In this document: positions 56,919 to 64,000 of the stretch, in pieces | How positions within the stretch are numbered: position 1 is the stretch's first letter | How the letters are laid out: each line of letters begins with the position of its first letter | Assembly (NCBI GenBank): GCA_963717685.1 | Contig: OY970346.1 | Span: 258,970-322,969 of the forward strand | DNA: 64,000 bases | Direction: 5' to 3' | DNA from: an uncultured Bacteroidales bacterium | Lineage (GTDB): Bacteria > Bacteroidota > Bacteroidia > Bacteroidales > VadinHA17 | Made by a program: the position numbers and the translations under genes | The notes under the pieces: generated by a model | The model's database searches: none | Told to the model about the DNA's origin: nothing | What the model saw: the letters and a program-made list of their open reading frames with translations, nothing else

Positions 56919-59732
56919 ATGAAAAACTTTATTTTGATAATTATGACTTTTCTGACAGCTGTTTTCTTTTCATTCAAGCCAGGGAGGATGGAAGACAAGG
57001 CTATTTCAATACCTGTTGAAAAATACAGTCTGCCAAACGGGCTTACTGTTGTTCTGAATGAGGATAATTCAAATCCCATTGTTTCTGTCGCTATATATTA
57101 CCATGTGGGTTCAAGCAGGGAAACTGAAGGCAAGACCGGATTTGCACATCTTTTCGAACACATGATGTTTGAAGAGTCTGAAAATCTCCCTCGCGGCCAG
57201 TTTGTGAAGAATATCAGCAATGCCGGAGGCACTTTTAACGGAAGCACTACCCAGGACAGGACGAACTATTTTGAAGTCCTTCCAAAAAATTTCCTTGAAA
57301 TGGCGCTCTGGATGGAATCCGACAGAATGGGCTATCTCGAGAATACTGTAACAAGGGTCTCCCTTACCAACCAGCAAAATGTGGTTCAGAATGAGAAACG
57401 ACAGAGCTATGATAACACTCCGTACGGTTTCACCCAGACCGTAATTGACAAAAACCTTTACCCGAAGGGCCATCCTTACTCCTGGGACGTCATTGGTGAC
57501 ATGAAGGACCTGACAAATGCAACGGTCGAAGACGTAAAAGCCTTTCACAGAAAGTATTACTCACCCGGCAATGCATTCCTCGTAATTGCAGGGGATATTG
57601 ATAAAAAAGAAGTAAAAACCTTGGTGGAAAAGTACTTCGGTGAAATAAAGAGCGGAGAGGCAATTGAAAAGAGGAAACCCATGCTTGTCACACTGGCATC
57701 GTCAGTAAAGCTGTACCACCAGGATAATTTTGCAAAAGCGCCACAGTTGACAATGACTTTCCCGACGGCTGAGAGATATTCCAAAGATTCTTATGCCCTT
57801 AATTACCTCGCCGATCTTCTTGCAAACTCAAAAAAATCGCCTCTTTATACCATACTTGTTAAGGAAAAGAAGCTGACGTCAAGAATAATGGCAAGAAACG
57901 CATCCCAGGAACTTGCAGGTTCGTTTACCATCACAGTAACGGCAAATCCCGGTGTCAGTCTCACTGAAGTTGAAAAAGCGATTTTCGAAGGATTCAGGAA
58001 ATTTGAAAAGGATGGCTTTTCCGAGGAGGATCTGATAAGAATCCGGGCAGGATCTGAAACAAGGTTCTATAACACTTTTGCCAGCGTGCTGGGAAAAACG
58101 TTTTCTCTGGCGGATTATACAATGAATACAGGAGATCCTGAATTTTATAAAAAAGATCTTGATAATACGCTGTCTGTTACAACAGCTGATATTAAGACAG
58201 TTTACAACAAGTATATCAAGGACAGGAATTATGTGGAGACAAGTTTTGTTCCAAAGGGAGATACCGGCCTGATTGCCAAAGGATCAGTGAACGCAGGAAT
58301 TGTCGAGGAAAATGTCAAAAAAGCCGCTGAAGTCAAGGCTGAATCAGCTTTACCTCAGGCGATAACAAAAACCAGGACCATTCTAGACCGGTCAGTAATG
58401 CCTAGTCCCGGGCCCGATCCGGATCTTAATGTTCCGGTTCCGTGGGCAAGCTCCCTTTCCGATGGTATGATAATATGGGGCATCGACAAAGGGGAAATGC
58501 CTTTGATTCAGTACTCTATCCTGATTGAAGGCGGCCATCTGCTTGATAATATTGCAAAACCCGGCGTTGCAAATATGCTGGCTGCAATGATGAATGAAGG
58601 TACAAAAAACAAGACTTCAGAACAACTTGAGGACGCCATTGGACTTCTCGGGGCTACAATTAGGGTTTCGGCCGGCAATGAGAATATATCAATTGATGTA
58701 AGCTCCCTTTCACGCGACTTTGAAAAGACATTGGCACTCGTTGAGGAGATTCTGCTTGAGCCACGATGGGATACGGCTCAGTTTGATCTTGTAAAGCTCA
58801 GAATCCTCAATAATCTGAAAAGGAATTCAGCCAATCCCGATTACCTTGCATCGACCACGCTTAACAAACTGATGTTCGGTGACAATATATTTGCAACCGA
58901 TATTTCAGGAACTGAAGCATCCGTAGCCTCAATAACAATTGAGGATCTTAAAAATTTCTATTCCGGGAATTTCTCACCTTCAGTCGCAAAGTTTATTATC
59001 GCAGGTGACATTGACAAAAAACGGGTCGAAGCGGCACTTGCTTTCCTGAACAGGAAGTGGAAAGGCAAAAATGTCGTAATGCCTGAAATTAAGATACCTG
59101 AAGCGCCTTCAAAATCCCAGATCTATTTCGTGGATGTCCCTGACGCCAAACAGTCAGCCATTGCAATCGGAGTGCCATCAATTACCAGGACCGATCCTGA
59201 ATTTTTCCCTGCTGTTGCTGCAAATTACAAGCTCGGGGCCAGGGAGGCATCGATTTCAGGAATCTGGATGCAGATTATAAGAGAACAAAAGGGATTTACA
59301 TATGGAGCTTATTCCTCTTTCACGGGATTTAAAAATTTTGGTTATTTCCTGGTATCGTCGAGGGTGAGAACTAATTCAACTCTTGAATCAATGATGATAT
59401 TCAGGAGCGAGATGGAGAAGTACAGAAAGAATATGCCGCAGGAATATATTGATTTCACAAAGTCAGGGATGATGCGGAGCAACGCACGTCGTTTTGAAAC
59501 ACTCGGGAACCTGCTCGATTATCTTAATGTACTGAGTTTTTACAATTTGCCGACCGATTATGTAAAGCAGGAGGAGGCTTATCTTAAGCTGCTTACGGCT
59601 GAAAGACAACTTGAAATAGTAAATAAATATATTGACCCATCAAGGATGTACTATGTCGTGGCCGGTGATGCGGCCACACAGCTGAAGGACCTTGAAAAGG
59701 TAGGATTCGGTAAACCGATACTGGTAAAGTAA
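56919..59732 (+). CDS. Large two-unit M16-family zinc peptidase (pitrilysin-like), secreted
   Basis: Start moved to ATG 56919 (MKNFILIIMTFLTAVFFSF). HxxEH motif HLFEHMMFEES. It is about 937 aa with a duplicated M16 fold. Confidence 0.85.
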   Translation: MKNFILIIMTFLTAVFFSFKPGRMEDKAISIPVEKYSLPNGLTVVLNEDNSNPIVSVAIYYHVGSSRETEGKTGFAHLFEHMMFEESENLPRGQFVKNISNAGGTFNGSTTQDRTNYFEVLPKNFLEMALWMESDRMGYLENTVTRVSLTNQQNVVQNEKRQSYDNTPYGFTQTVIDKNLYPKGHPYSWDVIGDMKDLTNATVEDVKAFHRKYYSPGNAFLVIAGDIDKKEVKTLVEKYFGEIKSGEAIEKRKPMLVTLASSVKLYHQDNFAKAPQLTMTFPTAERYSKDSYALNYLADLLANSKKSPLYTILVKEKKLTSRIMARNASQELAGSFTITVTANPGVSLTEVEKAIFEGFRKFEKDGFSEEDLIRIRAGSETRFYNTFASVLGKTFSLADYTMNTGDPEFYKKDLDNTLSVTTADIKTVYNKYIKDRNYVETSFVPKGDTGLIAKGSVNAGIVEENVKKAAEVKAESALPQAITKTRTILDRSVMPSPGPDPDLNVPVPWASSLSDGMIIWGIDKGEMPLIQYSILIEGGHLLDNIAKPGVANMLAAMMNEGTKNKTSEQLEDAIGLLGATIRVSAGNENISIDVSSLSRDFEKTLALVEEILLEPRWDTAQFDLVKLRILNNLKRNSANPDYLASTTLNKLMFGDNIFATDISGTEASVASITIEDLKNFYSGNFSPSVAKFIIAGDIDKKRVEAALAFLNRKWKGKNVVMPEIKIPEAPSKSQIYFVDVPDAKQSAIAIGVPSITRTDPEFFPAVAANYKLGAREASISGIWMQIIREQKGFTYGAYSSFTGFKNFGYFLVSSRVRTNSTLESMMIFRSEMEKYRKNMPQEYIDFTKSGMMRSNARRFETLGNLLDYLNVLSFYNLPTDYVKQEEAYLKLLTAERQLEIVNKYIDPSRMYYVVAGDAATQLKDLEKVGFGKPILVK

Positions 59733-59779
59733 TTTATTATAAATTTGCACTGCCATTTGAGTCTTTTGTAATAATAGGC

Positions 59780-60374
59780 CTGCACGACAGCATGTTGAGG
59801 AGTTCCGCTTGAGAGGAACGTATCGGGAACTGCATGACTGCACGACTGCACGATTGCATGATTGCACGACATAAAGATGCCCGGATGGTGGAATTCCCGC
59901 TGCGCGGGACAGGGTCCAACACGCAGGAGTAGAGTTTTTTGAAATAAGGAGAAGGAATATCCATCCGCTGACTGCACGACTGCACGACTGCTTGACATAA
60001 AGATGCCCGGATGGTGGAATTCCCACTGCGCGGGACAGGGTCCGACACCCAGGACTTGAGTTTTTTGAAATAAAGAGAAGGAATATCCATCCGCTGACTG
60101 CATGATTGCACGACATAAAGATGCCCGGATGGTGGAATTCCCGCTGCGCGGGACAGGGTCCAACACGCAGGAGTAGAGTTTTTTGAAATAAGGAGAAGGA
60201 ATATCCATCCGCTGACTGCACGACTGCACGATTGCTTGACATAAAGATGCCCGGATGGTGGAATTCCCGCTGCGCGGGACAGGGTCCAACACGCAGGAGT
60301 AGAGTTTTTTGAAATAAGGAGAAGGAATATCCATCCGCTGACTGCACGACTGCACGACTGCTTGACATAAAGAT
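59780..60374 (+). repeat. Tandem array of tRNA-Leu-5'-derived units (partial leading unit + 4 units of 126/118/126/126 bp) abutting tRNA-Leu
   Basis: Units start at 59879, 60005, 60123 and 60249; the genuine tRNA starts in phase at 60375. Each unit is GCCCGGATGGTGGAAT + TCCCGCTGCGCGGGA hairpin + CAGGGTCCAACACGCAGGAGTAGAGTTTTTTGAAATAAGGAGAAGGAATATCCATCCGC + 8-nt microrepeats (ACTGCACG) + TTGACATAAAGAT. Units 1 and 4 are identical by eye and unit 3 has 1 mismatch. Confidence 0.9.
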
Positions 60375-60458
60375 GCCCGGATGGTGGAATGGTAGACACG
60401 CAGGACTTAAAATCCTGTGGCCATAACGGCTGTGCGGGTTCAAGTCCCGCTCCGGGTA
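60375..60458 (+). tRNA. tRNA-Leu (UAA), class II with long variable arm
   Basis: GCCCGGATGGTGGAATGGTAGACACGCAGGACTTAAAATCCTGTGGCCATAACGGCTGTGCGGGTTCAAGTCCCGCTCCGGGTA. The anticodon stem is CAGGA/TCCTG, the loop CTTAAAA, and the T-arm GCGGG/CCCGC. Confidence 0.9.
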
Positions 60459-60469
60459 CCCAGAGGCAC

Positions 60470-60500
60470 AAGAGGTCAAAATCGACCTCTTGTTTCTTTT
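60470..60500 (+). terminator. Intrinsic terminator after tRNA-Leu
   Basis: AAGAGGTC-aaaatc-GACCTCTT followed by GTTTCTTTTT. Confidence 0.7.
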
Positions 60501-60571
60501 TATGACATCCTGAAACCTTCACTAATTCTAAGGATGAGATGTACAGTGATTTTCAAGGAGAGGGTTGCAAC
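60474..60571 (-). pseudogene. Remnant of the 3' end of a second, related recombinase gene
   Basis: On the minus strand it reads VATLSLKITVHLILRISEGFRMS*. This parallels the C-terminal ...PIQLILRISKVLRRSE... of the adjacent recombinase (copy at 60621-60714), with roughly 75-80% nucleotide identity by eye over about 85 nt. Confidence 0.45.
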
Positions 60572-60573
60572 TT

Positions 60574-62117
60574 TTAAAATTGAAAAATTGGATTTTTTGT
60601 CAGAGTTGCAACCAGGGATTGGTTCAAATCGACTTCTTTCTTATTTTCTGACCTTCTCAAAACCTTACTAATTCGAAGGATGAGCTGTATGGGTTCTGTG
60701 AAAACGGGATACACTATTTCCCCTTTCTCCAAAATCAGTTTTTCGGCAAAGATGTTATTAAGTATTTTCTTCTTGGTAACACCATCTGACTTCCTGTAAT
60801 ATTCCAGGAGGTTCTCCAGCATTGGCACTTCCTTCTGAATGTAATTCTTGAAAGGTGATATTTGTTGTTGATGGTCATTGAGTTTTTCCTTTAAAAGAAC
60901 AAGTTCCTTCTCTACCCTACCCTTCATATCATGATAGTCATTTGAGGTAATCACACGATCCATCAAATCATTCTGAAGGTTTGATTTACGAAGTTCAAGT
61001 TTCTCTATCTCATTCTTTGTTTTTTGAATCTCATCCCTTCTCTGAAAGTCATCCTTTTCAAAAAGTTTCTCCAAAGTTTTCCTATACAGGTTGACGATCT
61101 GAGCAGAACATGAAATCTCCGACAAAATATCCTCAATACTTTCATGAACATCCTGAATCCTATGCCTTTGTTTACATTTGTCTTTGCACAGAGATAATAA
61201 TGATGGAGTTTCCCTGTGTGACTCCGACAGGCATAAGCTGTTAAAGATCTGTCGTGTTCAGGGCACTTTAAAAACCCTTTAAGAGGATATAAGTCTGATT
61301 TATCATCATGGAACTTCATATTTCTTCTGCGACCTGACAAGAAATCGTTAGCTCTATGAAATATAGTTTCGGTTACTAAAGGGGGGTGAAGTCCATTTAC
61401 GTCCTGAGATGGTTCTTTTTTCCATGGACCTGTCCTTATCTTTCCAATATAGACAGGATTTCTTATGCACCTCAAAAATGTATTCTTACTGATTTTTAAT
61501 TTATTATCATTCAACCATTTTCTGACTTCATCGGCAGAGTATGTACCTGATGCTAACATATTGAAAGCTTCAATCATCAATGGAGCCTCAGTAGGATTAG
61601 GACGAAGTGTTGACTTTTTATTGTCCCTGAAATTTTCGTATCCCTTCGGGGCCTGTGCCGTCCAGAAACCATTCATCCTGGCTCTCCATGAACCTTCAGC
61701 AGTCTTCTCTGAAATCCGGTCATTCTCCACTTCTGGCACTGTCAGGTACAAACTAAGAAGGATTTTATTTTCAGATTTTGTAATATCAAGAGGTTGTTCA
61801 ACCGTATTGACAGTTACACCAAGTTTATTAAGCTCTTTAATAACTGTCATTGCATCATACTGGTTCCTTGAAAATCTGTCCCAACGATTACAAAGGATTA
61901 AATCAACCTTACCCCTATTCCTTTTAATAAAGGACATTATTTTGATCCATTCTGGTCGATTAAATGATTTACCGGAATAGTCCTCCGTATAAATGTCAAC
62001 AATATTGTGATTGTTAATCTCACAGTATTTCGTCAGCATCACTTCCTGATGTTGAAGGCTATGTCCCTGGTCAGCCTGTTCGTCGGTACTTACCCTCTTG
62101 TATAATATTACATTCAT
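60574..62117 (-). pseudogene. Large serine recombinase (resolvase domain + recombinase domain + zinc ribbon + coiled coil), interrupted by a -1 nt frameshift near 61178-61186
   Basis: Track ORFs 61005..62156 and 60574..61125 overlap in different frames. The N-terminus is MNVILYKRVSTDEQ (catalytic Ser). The zinc ribbon CPEHD...YYLCAK continues only in the other frame as KCKQRHRIQDVHESIEDILSEISCSAQIV..., followed by a coiled coil (KNEIEKLELRKSNLQNDL). Combined length is about 510 aa. Confidence 0.75.
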
Positions 62118-62268
62118 AGTTGGTAAACTTGCTTTGATTCTGCTTGTAGCAGTCAAATTCTATCTGGGCTAAAGTCGTAATGAATTCCCGAATGATCAGC
62201 ATTTCTTCATGGGTAAATTTGAACACACCTTCATTTAATATTCTTATACATTCTTGTTCGTTTATCAT
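62071..62268 (-). CDS. Small hypothetical protein upstream of, and overlapping, the recombinase start
   Basis: 65 aa ORF (MINEQECIRILNEGVFKFTHEEMLIIREFITTLAQIEF...). It overlaps the recombinase ATG by about 47 nt. No motif recognised. Confidence 0.3.
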   Translation of the reverse strand: MINEQECIRILNEGVFKFTHEEMLIIREFITTLAQIEFDCYKQNQSKFTNYECNIIQEGKYRRTG

Positions 62269-62598
62269 TAAAATGCTCTCTTTTAATAAAATATAAACAA
62301 AAAGAATGACAAAGTCAAATGATCACCCTATCCTTTTAGTGCTAATTCCATTCACCAGGTTTCCTGAATAAAGGAAGTTGGTTGAGTGGATTTGTCATAA
62401 GATTATCTTTGCTTCTCCCAAATCTATATCTGCTTGTCAAAAATAATTGACTTGTATTACCTTTTGTCATAACTTGCTTGTACAAATTGTTTTCAATCAA
62501 CTAACCAGGCCACCGGCCGTAGGCCAATACACCATCATTAATCCGATCGCTTTGTGCTTTTACGACCTTTAGCTCCGGGGCCATAATATTTTACCGCT

Positions 62599-64000
62599 AT
62601 GAAAACAAAACTCCTCCTCACAGCACTTTTGTCTTTTCCCTTTTATCTTTTGTCTTCTCAAGTCCCGCAGGGCTTCAATTACCAGGCTATAGCCCGGGAC
62701 GGATCAGGTAATATCATTGCGAACAAATCGATTCCCATAAAGATTGATATCCAGACCTCTCTGACCGGGGGTACTGTAATCTATGAAGAGACATTTTCTC
62801 CGATAACATCGAACCAATTCGGGCTGATCACCCTTGTAGTGGGCACAGGCACCCAGACAGGCGGAACAACTGCATTCTCGGCAATCGACTGGAAAGCCCA
62901 ACCTCTTTACCTGATGACTACAGTTCAGTATCCAGGTACGACATGGACAACCATGGGTACCAGTCAGATATGGGCAGTTCCATATTCTCTTGTTGCAAAG
63001 GATGTGCAGGGACCATTAACAAGCCTCGGGATAAACGGTACCACTACTTATACCGCAGACTCAGCACTATTTGAAGTGAAGAATAAGGACGGCAATACTG
63101 TCTTCGCAGTTTACAATGAAGGTGTAAGAGTGTATGTATCCAATGAAACAAAAGGGCTGAAAAGCGGCTTTGCAGTGGGAGGCTTTGGAACTGATAAAGG
63201 AACCTCACAACCCTATCTTGTCGTTAGTGAAGACAGCATCAGGATGTATCTTGACACAAATCCCCTGACAAAAGGATCAAAAAGCATGTTTGCTGTAGGA
63301 GGCTACGATATGACTAAAGGAGCATCCCAGGATTATCTGGATGTCAGCCCTGACAGTGTTAATATATATATCAATTCCAATCCTTCGGCAAAAGGTGCAA
63401 AAAGCATGTTTGCGGTAGGAGGCTATGATATGACAAAAGGTGGAACTACAAATTACCTGAATGTAAATACGGATACGAGTGGAATTATCAATCCATCCCA
63501 GAACAGGATATTGTGGTATCCTGTTAAAAATGCTTTTAGTACCGGAAGAGTACTGATAGAAGCGCCGGATAGTGTTGGCACCAACTCATTTGCCAGCGGG
63601 TATGAGTCAAAAGCTAAAGGGCTTTATTCGCAGGCGTTAGGTTACCAGGCTATAGCCCGGGGAAATTATTCAACCTCAATCGGATATCAGTCCGTAGCTC
63701 AGGATTCAAATTCCTTTGCATTTGGACAATGGGCTAAAGCATCTAACAGTGAAAGTTATGCATTTGGCAGGGGAGCTATCGCGGAAGGATATCGAAGTTT
63801 TGCTTTTGGGAGCGCCGGTGTTGATTCTCTTGGAAAAACAACCGGAGTTGCATATGCTAGGGGGGATTACTCATTTGCCATAGGACAAGGTTCACAATCT
63901 TTAGGTACTGGTTCATTTGCTTTTGGCCTTGCCGATACTGCAAGAGGTTCGTACTCTCTTACTCTTGGATACAAAGCTAGTGCAAATGGATGGTATTCAA
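62599..64000 (+). CDS. Surface adhesin-like protein with YadA-head/tail-fibre-like GxxSxAxG repeats; N-terminal 467 aa, continues beyond the window
   Basis: Absent from the ORF track because it runs off the edge. My translation from ATG 62599 has no stop. It reads MKTKLLLTALLSFPFYLLSSQVPQGFNYQAIARDGSGNIIANKSI..., then three ~40-aa repeats (KG.KS.FAVGG...TKG....YL.V), then SFASGYESKAKG..SQALGYQAIARGNYSTSIGYQSVAQDSNSFAFGQ..SYAFGRGAIAEGYRSFAFG. Confidence 0.7.
   Translation, partial: MKTKLLLTALLSFPFYLLSSQVPQGFNYQAIARDGSGNIIANKSIPIKIDIQTSLTGGTVIYEETFSPITSNQFGLITLVVGTGTQTGGTTAFSAIDWKAQPLYLMTTVQYPGTTWTTMGTSQIWAVPYSLVAKDVQGPLTSLGINGTTTYTADSALFEVKNKDGNTVFAVYNEGVRVYVSNETKGLKSGFAVGGFGTDKGTSQPYLVVSEDSIRMYLDTNPLTKGSKSMFAVGGYDMTKGASQDYLDVSPDSVNIYINSNPSAKGAKSMFAVGGYDMTKGGTTNYLNVNTDTSGIINPSQNRILWYPVKNAFSTGRVLIEAPDSVGTNSFASGYESKAKGLYSQALGYQAIARGNYSTSIGYQSVAQDSNSFAFGQWAKASNSESYAFGRGAIAEGYRSFAFGSAGVDSLGKTTGVAYARGDYSFAIGQGSQSLGTGSFAFGLADTARGSYSLTLGYKASANGWYS

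Noticed and set aside
59871-60374. Possible CRISPR array
   Set aside because: The units are contiguous with no unique spacers and have a 118-126 bp period. Each unit is tRNA-derived, and no cas genes are in the window.
59640-60522. Three long overlapping minus-strand ORFs (279, 234 and 261 aa) with internally repeated peptide sequences
   Set aside because: All three frames are open only because the 118/126-bp tandem repeat and the tRNA-Leu gene lack stop triplets on that strand. The products are just periodic translations of the repeat, and they overlap a bona fide tRNA and the end of the M16 peptidase gene.
60417-60671. 84-aa plus-strand ORF
   Set aside because: It starts inside tRNA-Leu and runs through its terminator and the duplicated recombinase remnant, so it is not plausible as a gene.

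Overview
The window looks like a chromosomal segment of a Bacteroidota-type genome. It has a SusC/SusD pair, TAnnTTTG -7 promoter boxes, many lipoprotein or secreted proteins and a surface adhesin-like protein. About 50 protein genes, 3 tRNA genes and several repeats are supported.

Gene content, left to right:
- 1-12649, minus strand: susC-susD, then a split cobalamin/methyl-THF module (corrinoid protein, pterin-binding methyltransferase, fused MetV-MetF reductase, MetH-type activation domain), then GH3 and a CE15 glucuronoyl esterase.
- 13-24 kb: housekeeping and envelope genes (TolB-like, PlsC, lipid kinase, HAD hydrolase, prolyl oligopeptidase, GH35-like, GH172/DUF2961, OMP, GT2).
- 25.4-33.3 kb: a complete kdpFABC-kdpDE locus, facing a KimA-like APC transporter.
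- 36.7-37.6 kb: divergent tatA and tatB-like genes.
- 38.6-41.1 kb: a TonB-dependent receptor.
- 45.2-49 kb: a possible lipid head-group cluster (LicC-like nucleotidyltransferase, class-V aminotransferase, LysE-like membrane protein, CDP-alcohol phosphatidyltransferase).
- 49.5-52.3 kb: cbiMNQO.
- 53.7-59.7 kb: two M16 peptidases and an O-methyltransferase.
- 3' end: tRNA-Leu followed by a frameshifted large serine recombinase and a partial adhesin gene.

No defence system, CRISPR array, toxin-antitoxin pair or riboswitch could be supported.

The most unusual signals are non-coding:
1. A near-identical tandem array of 118/126-bp units lies directly upstream of tRNA-Leu. Each unit starts with the first 16 nt of tRNA-Leu, interrupted by a GC hairpin.
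2. A truncated, hairpin-bearing tRNA-Gly copy sits in the leader of the real tRNA-Gly, with the same architecture.
3. Small GC-rich hairpin modules recur in intergenic regions and inside these tRNA-like copies.

The second point of interest is the physical linkage of a corrinoid methyl-transfer module with a SusCD/CE15/GH3 locus. All functional calls come from motif recognition by eye; no database search was possible.
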